Positions 1 through 9,749 of a stretch of 10,321 nucleotides of DNA are shown here, piece after piece (position 1 is the first letter of the stretch; every line of letters begins with the position of its first letter). The notes beneath the pieces are model-generated. The model was not told the origin of the DNA, searched no databases, and was given only the letters and a program-made list of their open reading frames with translations. The DNA is from Azolla caroliniana (lineage: Eukaryota > Plantae > Polypodiophyta), in contig JBHGNT010001283.1 in the NCBI GenBank assembly GCA_043228905.1, positions 1-10,321 on the forward strand, in the 5' to 3' direction. The position numbers and the translations under genes were made by a program.

Positions 1-356
1 TGGCTCGTGTGATATCGGATTTTTGTGTTCAAACATGCGAATCGAAGCTAACAACGCTAGCTATGATATAGAATTAAAAAATCAAGATTTTGAAACTCAG
101 GTCGAGATACATGACGAAATTACCAAATTTGAGGAGGTGGTTGAGAAGAGCTAGTAGCAAAGTTAAAATGGTCATACGTGGCTCGTGTGATATCGGATTT
201 TTGTGTTCAAACATGCGAATCGAAGCTAACAACGCTAGCTATGATATAGAATTAAAAAATCAAGATTTTGAAACTCAGGTCGAGATTCATGACGAAATTA
301 CCAAATTTGAGGAGGTGGTTGAGAAGAGCGCGTGAGTAAATTAAAATGTTCATATG

Positions 357-459
357 ACGAAATCAAGATTTTGAAACTCAGGTAGAGAGACATGACGAAA
401 TTAGCAAATTTGGGGAGGTGGTTGAGAAGAGCTAGTAGCTAAATTAAAATGTTCATATG
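357..459. repeat. Truncated 103-bp monomer Z (copy 1)
   Basis: After CATATG (351-356) the sequence reads ACGA then AATCAAG. Monomer positions 1-79 are replaced by 4 nt, a net loss of 75 bp. Confidence 0.9.
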
Positions 460-1528
460 TGGCTCGTGTGATGTCGGATTTTAGTGTTCAAACCTCCGAA
501 TCGAAGCTAACAACGCTAGCTATGATATGGATTTAGAAAATCAAGATTTTGAAACTCAGGTCGAGAGACATGACGAAATTACCAAATTTGAGGAGGTGGT
601 GGAGAATAGCTAGTAGCTAAATTGAAATGTTGATACCTGGCTCGTATGATATCGGATTTTTGTGTTCAAACATGCGAATCGAAACTAACAACGCTACCTA
701 TGATATACAATTAAAAAATCAAGATATTGAAACTCAGGTCGAGAGACATGACGAAATTACCAAATTTGAGGAGGGAGTTCAGAAGAGCTAGTAGCTAAAT
801 TAAAATGTTCATACGTGGCTCGTGTGATATCGGATTTCTGTGTTCAAACATGCAAATCGAAACTAACAACGCTAGCTATGATATGGAATTAAAAAATCAA
901 GATTTTGAAACTCAGGTCGAGAGACATGAGGCAATTACCAAATTTGAGGAGGTGGTTGAGAAGAGCTAGTAGCTAAATTAAAATGTCCATACGTGGCTCG
1001 TGTGATATCGGATTTTTCTGTTCAAACATGCGAATCGAAGCTAACAACGCTAGCTATGATATGGAATTAAAAAATCAAGATTTTGAAACTCAGGTAGAGA
1101 GACATGATGAAATTACCAAATTTGAGGAGGGAGTTGAGAAGAGCGCGTGAGTAAATTAAAATGTTCATACGTGGCTCGTGTGACATCGGATTTTTGTGTT
1201 CAAACATGCGAATCGAAGCTAACAACGCTAGCTATGATATAGAATTAAAAAATCAAGATTTTGAAACTCAGGTCGAGAGACATGAAGAAATTACCAAATT
1301 TGAGGAGGTGGTTGAGAAGAGCTAGTAGCTAAATTAAAATGTTCATACGTGGCTCGTGTGATATCGGATTTTTGTGTTCAAACAAGCAAATCGAAACTAA
1401 CAACGCTAGCTATGATATGGAATTAAAAAATCAAGATCTTGAAAACTCAGGTCGAGAGACACCACGAAATTACCAAATTTGGGGAGGTGGTTGAGAAGAG
1501 CTAGTAGCTAAATTAAAATGTTCATATG
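460..1528. repeat. Variant long higher-order repeat A-B-C-D-E-FH (1069 bp), lacking the 254-bp internal duplication
   Basis: Five 178-bp typed monomers plus a 179-bp monomer (1350-1528) that has the F start (AAACAAGC) and the H end (GATCTTGAAAA...CCACG...GGGG). Confidence 0.85.
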
Positions 1529-1884
1529 TGGCTCGTGTAATGTCGGCTTTTAGTGTTCAAACCTCCGAATCGAAGCTAACAACGCTAGCTATGATATGGA
1601 ATTAAAAAATCAAGATTTTGAAACTCAGGTAGAGAGACATGACGAAATTACCAAATTTGAGGAGGGAGTTGAGAAGAGCGCGTGAGTAAATTAAAATGTT
1701 CATACGTGGCTCGTGTGATATCGGATTTTTGTGTTCAAACATGCGAATCGAAGCTAACAACGCTAGCTATGATATAGAATTAAAAAATCAAGATTTTGAA
1801 ACTCAGGTCGAGAGACATGAAGAAATTACCAAATGTGAGGAGGTGGATGAGAAGAGCTAGTAGCTAAATTAAAATGTTCATACG

Positions 1885-2317
1885 TGGCTCGTGTGATATC
1901 GGATTTTTGTGTTCAAACAAGCAAATCGAAACTAACAACGCTAGCTATGATATGGAATTAAAAAATCAAGATTTTGAAACTCAGGTAGAGAGACATGACG
2001 AAATTAGCAAATTTGAGGAGGGAGTTGAGAAGAGCGCGTGAGTAAATCAAGATCTTGAAAACTCAGGTCGAGAGACACGCTAGCTATGATATGGAATTAA
2101 AAAATCAAGATTTTGAAACTCAGGTAGAGAGACATGACGAAATTAGCAAATTTGAGGAGGGAGTTGAGAAGAGCGCGTGAGTAAATCAAGAACGCTAGCT
2201 ATGATATGGAATTAAAAAATCAAGATCTTGAAAACTCAGGTCGAGAGACACCACGAAATTACCAAATTTGGGGAGGTGGTTGAGAAGAGCTAGTAGCTAA
2301 ATTAAAATGTTCATATG
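1885..2317. repeat. Composite 433-bp monomer F* (copy 1) with 139-bp and 115-bp internal sub-repeats
   Basis: ACGCTAGC restarts at 1938, 2077 and 2192. Junctions are GAGTAAAT|CAAG, GAGAGAC|ACGCTAG and TCAAGA|ACGCTAG. Confidence 0.9.
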
Positions 2318-3284
2318 TGGCTCGTGTGATGTCGGATTTTAGTGTTCAAACCTCCGAATCGAAGCTAACAACGCTAGCTATGATATGGATTTAGAAAATC
2401 AAGATTTTGAAACTCAGGTCGAGAGACATGACGAAATTACCAAATTTGAGGAGGTGGTGGAGAATAGCTAGTAGCTAAATTGAAATGTTGATACCTGGCT
2501 CGTATGATATCGGATTTTTGTGTTCAAACATGCGAATCGAAGCTAACAACGCTAGCTATGATATGGAATTAAAAAATCAAGATTTTGAAACTCAGGTAGA
2601 GAGACATGACGAAATTACCAAATTTGAGGAGGGAGTTGAGAAGAGCGCGTGAGTAAATTAAAATGTTCATACGTGGCTCGTGTGATATCGGATTTTTGTG
2701 TTCAAACATGCGAATCGAAGCTAACAACGCTAGCTATGATATAGAATTAAAAAATCAAGATTTTGAAACTCAGGTCGAGATACATGACGAAATTACCAAA
2801 TTTGAGGAGGTGGTTGAGAAGAGCTAGTAGCAAAGTTAAAATGGTCATACGTGGCTCGTGTGATATCGGATTTTTGTGTTCAAACAAGCAAATCGAAACT
2901 AACAACGCTAGCTATGATATGGAATTAAAAAATCAAGATTTTGAAACTCAGGTAGAGAGACATGACGAAATTACCAAATTTGAGGAGGGAGTTGAGAAGA
3001 GCGCGTGAGTAAATCAAGATCTTGAAAACTCAGGTCGAGAGACACGCTAGCTATGATATGGAATTAAAAAATCAAGATTTTGAAACTCAGGTAGAGAGAC
3101 ATGACGAAATTAGCAAATTTGAGGAGGGAGTTGAGAAGAGCGCGTGAGTAAATCAAGAACGCTAGCTATGATATGGAATTAAAAAATCAAGATTTTGAAA
3201 ACTCAGGTCGAGAGACACGACGAAATTACCAAATTTGGGGAGGTGGTTGAGAAGAGCTAGTAGATAAATTAAAATGTTCATATG
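2318..3284. repeat. Short higher-order repeat variant A-BD-X-F* (967 bp); F* at 2852-3284
   Basis: 3x178 + 433 bp, with the X monomer (GATAC, AGCAAAGTT, TGGTCATAC) in place of E. Confidence 0.85.
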
Positions 3285-4607
3285 TGGCTCGTGTGATGTC
3301 GGATTTTAGTGTTCAAACCTCCGAATCGAAACTAACAACGCTACCTATGATATAGAATTAAAAAATCAAGATTTTGAAACTCAGGTCGAGAGACATGACG
3401 AAATTACCAAATTTGAGGAGGTGGTGGAGAATAGCTAGTAGCTAAATTGAAATGTTGATACCTGGCTCGTATGATATCGGATTTTTGTGTTCAAACATGC
3501 GAATCGAAACTAACAACGCTACCTATGATATAGAATTAAAAAATCAAGATTTTGAAACTCAGGTCGAGAGACATGACGAAATTACCAAATTTGAGGAGGG
3601 AGTTCAGAAGAGCTAGTAGCTAAATTAAAATGTTCATACGTGGCTCGTGTGATATCGGATTTCTGTGTTCAAACATGCAAATCGAAACTAACAACGCTAG
3701 CTATGATATGGAATTAAAAAATCAAGATTTTGAAACTCAGGTCGAGAGACATGAGGCAATTACCAAATTTGAGGAGGTGGTTGAGAAGAGCTAGTAGCTA
3801 AATTGAAATGTCCATACGTGGCTCGTGTGATATCGGATTTTTCTGTTCAAACATGCGAATCGAAGCTAACAACGCTAGCTATGATATGGAATTAAAAAAT
3901 CAAGATTTTGAAACTCAGGTAGAGAGACATGACGAAATTACCAAATTTGAGGAGGGAGTTGAGAAGAGCGCGTGAGTAAATTAAAATGTTCATACGTGGC
4001 TCGTGTGATATCGGATTTTTGTGTTCAAACATGCGAATCGAAGCTAACAACGCTAGCTATGATATAGAATTAAAAAATCAAGATTTTGAAACTCAGGTCG
4101 AGAGACATGAAGAAATTACCAAATTTGAGGAGGTGGATGAGAAGAGCTAGTAGCTAAATTAAAATGTTCATACGTGGCTCGTGTGATATCGGATTTTTGT
4201 GTTCAAACAAGCAAATCGAAACTAACAACGCTAGCTATGATATGGAATTAAAAAATCAAGATTTTGAAACTCAGGTAGAGAGACATGACGAAATTAGCAA
4301 ATTTGAGGAGGGAGTTGAGAAGAGCGCGTGAGTAAATCAAGATCTTGAAAACTCAGGTCGAGAGACACGCTAGCTATGATATGGAATTAAAAAATCAAGA
4401 TTTTGAAACTCAGGTAGAGAGACATGACGAAATTAGCAAATTTGAGGAGGGAGTTGAGAAGAGCGCGTGAGTAAATCAAGAACGCTAGCTATGATATGGA
4501 ATTAAAAAATCAAGATCTTGAAAACTCAGGTCGAGAGACACCACGAAATTACCAAATTTGGGGAGGTGGTTGAGAAGAGCTAGTAGCTAAATTAAAATGT
4601 TCATATG
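3285..4607. repeat. Long higher-order repeat A'-B-C-D-E-F* (1323 bp); F* at 4175-4607
   Basis: Diagnostic motifs in order: A ACCTCC/GGAGAATAG/TGATACC; B CGTATG/CTACCT/GTTCAG; C TTCTGTG/GAGGCAATT/GTCCAT; D TTTTCTG/GCGCGTGAG; E GAAGAAATT/GGATGAG; then F*. Confidence 0.9.
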
Positions 4608-5574
4608 TGGCTCGTGTGATGTCGGATTTTAGTGTTCAAACCTCCGAATCGAAGCTAACAACGCTAGCTATGATATGGATTTAGAAAATCAAGATTTTGA
4701 AACTCAGGTCGAGAGACATGACGAAATTACCAAATTTGAGGAGTTGGTTGAGAAGAGCTAGTAGCTAAATTGAAATGTTGATACCTGGCTCGTATGATAT
4801 CGGATTTTTGTGTTCAAACATGCGAATCGAAGCTAACAACGCTAGCTATGATATGGAATTAAAAAATCAAGATTTTGAAACTCAGGTAGAGAGACATGAC
4901 GAAATTACCAAATTTGAGGAGGGAGTTGAGAAGAGCGCGTGAGTAAATTAAAATGTTCATACGTGGCTCGTGTGATATCGGATTTTTGTGTTCAAACATG
5001 CGAATCGAAGCTAACAACGCTAGCTATGATATAGAATTAAAAAATCAAGATTTTGAAACTCAGGTCGAGAGACATGAAGAAATTACCAAATTTGAGGAGG
5101 TGGATGAGAAGAGCTAGTAGCTAAATTAAAATGTTCATACGTGGCTCGTGTGATATCGGATTTTTGTGTTCAAACAAGCAAATCGAAACTAACAACGCTA
5201 GCTATGATATGGAATTAAAAAATCAAGATTTTGAAACTCAGGTAGAGAGACATGACGAAATTAGCAAATTTGAGGAGGGAGTTGAGAAGAGCGCGTGAGT
5301 AAATCAAGATCTTGAAAACTCAGGTCGAGAGACACGCTAGCTATGATATGGAATTAAAAAATCAAGATTTTGAAACTCAGGTAGAGAGACATGACGAAAT
5401 TAGCAAATTTGAGGAGGGAGTTGAGAAGAGCGCGTGAGTAAATCAAGAACGCTAGCTATGATATGGAATTAAAAAATCAAGATCTTGAAAACTCAGGTCG
5501 AGAGACACCACGAAATTACCAAATTTGGGGAGGTGGTTGAGAAGAGCTAGTAGCTAAATTAAAATGTTCATATG
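4608..5574. repeat. Short higher-order repeat A''-BD-E-F* (967 bp); F* at 5142-5574
   Basis: A'' carries GAGTTGGTTG. BD has the B start (CGTATG) and the D end (GTAGAG, GCGCGTGAG). It lies within the tandem duplication 3997-4963 / 4964-5930. Confidence 0.9.
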
Positions 5575-6109
5575 TGGCTCGTGTGATGTCGGATTTTAGT
5601 GTTCAAACCTCCGAATCGAAGCTAACAACGCTAGCTATGATATGGATTTAGAAAATCAAGATTTTGAAACTCAGGTCGAGAGACATGACGAAATTACCAA
5701 ATTTGAGGAGTTGGTTGAGAAGAGCTAGTAGCTAAATTGAAATGTTGATACCTGGCTCGTATGATATCGGATTTTTGTGTTCAAACATGCGAATCGAAGC
5801 TAACAACGCTAGCTATGATATGGAATTAAAAAATCAAGATTTTGAAACTCAGGTAGAGAGACATGACGAAATTACCAAATTTGAGGAGGGAGTTGAGAAG
5901 AGCGCGTGAGTAAATTAAAATGTTCATACGTGGCTCGTGTGATATCGGATTTTTGTGTTCAAACATGCGAATCGAAGCTAACAACGCTAGCTATGATATG
6001 GAATTAAAAAATCAAGATCTTGAAAACTCAGGTCGAGAGACACGACGAAATTACCAAATTTGGGGAGGTGGTTGAGAAGAGCTAGTAGATAAATTAAAAT
6101 GTTCATATG

Positions 6110-7432
6110 TGGCTCGTGTGATGTCGGATTTTAGTGTTCAAACCTCCGAATCGAAGCTAACAACGCTAGCTATGATATGGATTTAGAAAATCAAGATTTT
6201 GAAACTCAGGTCGAGAGACATGACGAAATTACCAAATTTGAGGAGGTGGTGGAGAATAGCTAGTAGCTAAATTGAAATGTTGATACCTGGTTCGTATGAT
6301 ATCGGATTTTTGTGTTCAAACATGCGAATCGAAACTAACAACGCTACCTATGATATAGAATTAAAAAATCAAGATTTTGAAACTCAGGTCGAGAGACATG
6401 ACGAAATTACCAAATTTGAGGAGGGAGTTCAGAAGAGCTAGTAGCTAAATTAAAATGTTCATACGTGGCTCGTGTGATATCGGATTTCTGTGTTCAAACA
6501 TGCAAATCGAAACTAACAACGCTAGCTATGATATGGAATTAAAAAATCAAGATTTTGAAACTCAGGTCGAGAGACATGAGGCAATTACCAAATTTGAGGA
6601 GGTGGTTGAGAAGAGCTAGTAGCTAAATTAAAATGTCCATACGTGGCTCGTGTGATATCGGATTTTTCTGTTCAAACATGCGAATCGAAGCTAACAACGC
6701 TAGCTATGATATGGAATTAAAAAATCAAGATTTTGAAACTCAGGTAGAGAGACATGACGAAATTACCAAATTTGAGGAGGGAGTTGAGAAGAGCGCGTGA
6801 GTAAATTAAAATGTTCATACGTGGCTCGTGTGATATCGGATTTTTGTGTTCAAACATGCGAATCGAAGCTAACAACGCTAGCTATGATATAGAATTAAAA
6901 AATCAAGATTTTGAAACTCAGGTCGAGAGACATGAAGAAATTACCAAATTTGAGGAGGTGGATGAGAAGAGCTAGTAGCCAAATTAAAATGTTCATACGT
7001 GGCTCGTGTGATATCGGATTTTTGTGTTCAAACAAGCAAATCGAAACTAACAACGCTAGCTATGATATGGAATTAAAAAATCAAGATTTTGAAACTCAGG
7101 TAGAGAGACATGACGAAATTAGCAAATTTGAGGAGGGAGTTGAGAAGAGCGCGTGAGTAAATCAAGATCTTGAAAACTCAGGTCGAGAGACACGCTAGCT
7201 ATGATATGGAATTAAAAAATCAAGATTTTGAAACTCAGGTAGAGAGACATGACGAAATTAGCAAATTTGAGGAGGGAGTTGAGAAGAGCGCGTGAGTAAA
7301 TCAAGAACGCTAGCTATGATATGGAATTAAAAAATCAAGATCTTGAAAACTCAGGTCGAGAGACACCACGAAATTACCAAATTTGGGGAGGTGGTTGAGA
7401 AGAGCTAGTAGCTAAATTAAAATGTTCATATG
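6110..7432. repeat. Long higher-order repeat A-B-C-D-E-F* (1323 bp); F* at 7000-7432
   Basis: Same ordered diagnostic motifs as 3285-4607, with monomer starts at 6110, 6288, 6466, 6644, 6822 and 7000. Confidence 0.9.
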
Positions 7433-8144
7433 TGGCTCGTGTCATGTCGGATTTTAGTGTTCAAACCTCCGAATCGAAGCTAACAACGCTAGCTATGATA
7501 TGGATTTAGAAAATCAAGATTTTGAAACTCAGGTCGAGAGACATGACGAAATTACCAAATTTGAGGAGGTGGTGGAGAATAGCTAGTAGCTAAATTGAAA
7601 TGTTGATACCTGGCTCGTATGATATCGGATTTTTGTGTTCAAACATGCGAATCGAAGCTAACAACGCTAGCTATGATATGGAATTAAAAAATCAAGATTT
7701 TGAAACTCAGGTAGAGAGACATGACGAAATTACCAAATTTGAGGAGGGAGTTGAGAAGAGCGCGTGAGTAAATTAAAATGTTCATACGTGGCTCGTGTGA
7801 TATCGGATTTTTGTGTTCAAACATGCGAATCGAAGCTAACAACGCTAGCTATGATATAGAATTAAAAAATCAAGATTTTGAAACTCAGGTCGAGATACAT
7901 GACGAAATTACCAAATTTGAGGAGGTGGTTGAGAAGAGCTAGTAGCAAAGTTAAAATGGTCATACGTGGCTCGTGTGATATCGGATTTTTGTGTTCAAAC
8001 ATGCGAATCGAAGCTAACAACGCTAGCTATGATATAGAATTAAAAAATCAAGATTTTGAAACTCAGGTCGAGATTCATGACGAAATTACCAAATTTGAGG
8101 AGGTGGTTGAGAAGAGCGCGTGAGTAAATTAAAATGTTCATATG

Positions 8145-8247
8145 ACGAAATCAAGATTTTGAAACTCAGGTAGAGAGACATGACGAAATTAGCAAATTTG
8201 GGGAGGTGGTTGAGAAGAGCTAGTAGCTAAATTAAAATGTTCATATG
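8145..8247. repeat. Truncated 103-bp monomer Z (copy 2)
   Basis: Same CATATG-ACGA-AATCAAG junction as 357-459, at an offset of 7788. Confidence 0.9.
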
Positions 8248-8426
8248 TGGCTCGTGTGATGTCGGATTTTAGTGTTCAAACCTCCGAATCGAAGCTAACA
8301 ACGCTAGCTATGATATGGATTTAGAAAATCAAGATTTTGAAAACTCAGGTCGAGAGACACGACGAAATTACCAAATTTGGGGAGGTGGTTGAGAAGAGCT
8401 AGTAGATAAATTAAAATGTTCATATG

Positions 8427-9749
8427 TGGCTCGTGTGATGTCGGATTTTAGTGTTCAAACCTCCGAATCGAAACTAACAACGCTACCTATGATATAGAAT
8501 TAAAAAATCAAGATTTTGAAACTCAGGTCGAGAGACATGACGAAATTACCAAATTTGAGGAGGTGGTGGAGAATAGCTAGTAGCTAAATTGAAATGTTGA
8601 TACCTGGCTCGTATGATATCGGATTTTTGTGTTCAAACATGCGAATCGAAACTAACAACGCTACCTATGATATAGAATTAAAAAATCAAGATTTTGAAAC
8701 TCAGGTCGAGAGACATGACGAAATTACCAAATTTGAGGAGGGAGTTCAGAAGAGCTAGTAGCTAAATTAAAATGTTCATACGTGGCTCGTGTGATATCGG
8801 ATTTCTGTGTTCAAACATGCAAATCGAAACTAACAACGCTAGCTATGATATGGAATAAAAAAATCAAGATTTTGAAACTCAGGTCGAGAGACATGAGGCA
8901 ATTACCAAATTTGAGGAGGTGGCTGAGAAGAGCTAGTAGCTAAATTAAAATGTCCATACGTGGCTCGTGTGATATCGGATTTTTCTGTTCAAACATGCGA
9001 ATCGAAGCTAACAACGCTAGCTATGATATGGAATTAAAAAATCAAGATTTTGAAACTCAGGTAGAGAGACATGACGAAATTACCAAATTTGAGGAGGGAG
9101 TTGAGAAGAGCGCGTGAGTAAATTAAAATGTTCATACGTGGCTCGTGTGATATCGGATTTTTGTGTTCAAACATGCGAATCGAAGCTAACAACGCTAGCT
9201 ATGATATAGAATTAAAAAATCAAGATTTTGAAACTCAGGTCGAGAGACATGAAGAAATTACCAAATTTGAGGAGGTGGATGAGAAGAGCTAGTAGCTAAA
9301 TTAAAATGTTCATACGTGGCTCGTGTGATATCGGATTTTTGTGTTCAAACAAGCAAATCGAAACTAACAACGCTAGCTATGATATGGAATTAAAAAATCA
9401 AGATTTTGAAACTCAGGTAGAGAGACATGACGAAATTAGCAAATTTGAGGAGGGAGTTGAGAAGAGCGCGTGAGTAAATCAAGATCTTGAAAACTCAGGT
9501 CGAGAGACACGCTAGCTATGATATGGAATTAAAAAATCAAGATTTTGAAACTCAGGTAGAGAGACATGACGAAATTAGCAAATTTGAGGAGGGAGTTGAG
9601 AAGAGCGCGTGAGTAAATCAAGAACGCTAGCTATGATATGGAATTAAAAAATCAAGATCTTGAAAACTCAGGTCGAGAGACACCACGAAATTACCAAATT
9701 TGGGGAGGTGGTTGAGAAGAGCTAGTACCTAAATTAAAATGTTCATATG
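8427..9749. repeat. Long higher-order repeat A'-B-C-D-E-F* (1323 bp); F* at 9317-9749
   Basis: Near-identical to 3285-4607 at offset 5142, including the rarer A' variant (GAAACTAAC, CTACCT, TATAG). Confidence 0.9.

Noticed and set aside
8-95. Internal sub-periodicity in the monomer (GATATCGGATTTTT vs GATATGGAATT vs AAGATTTTG)
   Set aside because: The matches are short and AT-rich with inconsistent spacing, and cannot be told from chance without a computed autocorrelation.
131-150. GAGGAGGT as a Shine-Dalgarno site, or a G-quadruplex
   Set aside because: No ORF follows it. The G-runs are mostly only two long, so it is not a convincing G4 motif.
90-335. 81-aa ORF MKLRSRY... (identical copy at 7878-8123)
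   Set aside because: It starts at TTG inside the satellite, spans ~1.4 monomers and re-reads the same DNA in a shifted frame (178 is not a multiple of 3). It is open only where a variant removes the TAA in GCTAAATT. There is no recognisable domain or expression signal.
591-637. Possible resemblance of GTGGTGGAGAAT to the Brassica CentBr satellite
   Set aside because: It is only a ~12-nt match recalled from memory, present in one monomer class, and I cannot extend it across the monomer. An alignment is needed before claiming homology.
2763-3008. 81-aa ORF, second variant
   Set aside because: Same artefact: the X monomer's AGCAAAGTT removes the stop that most monomers retain.
6911-7156. 81-aa ORF, third variant
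   Set aside because: Opened by a single private T>C change at 6980; not conserved in the other E monomers.
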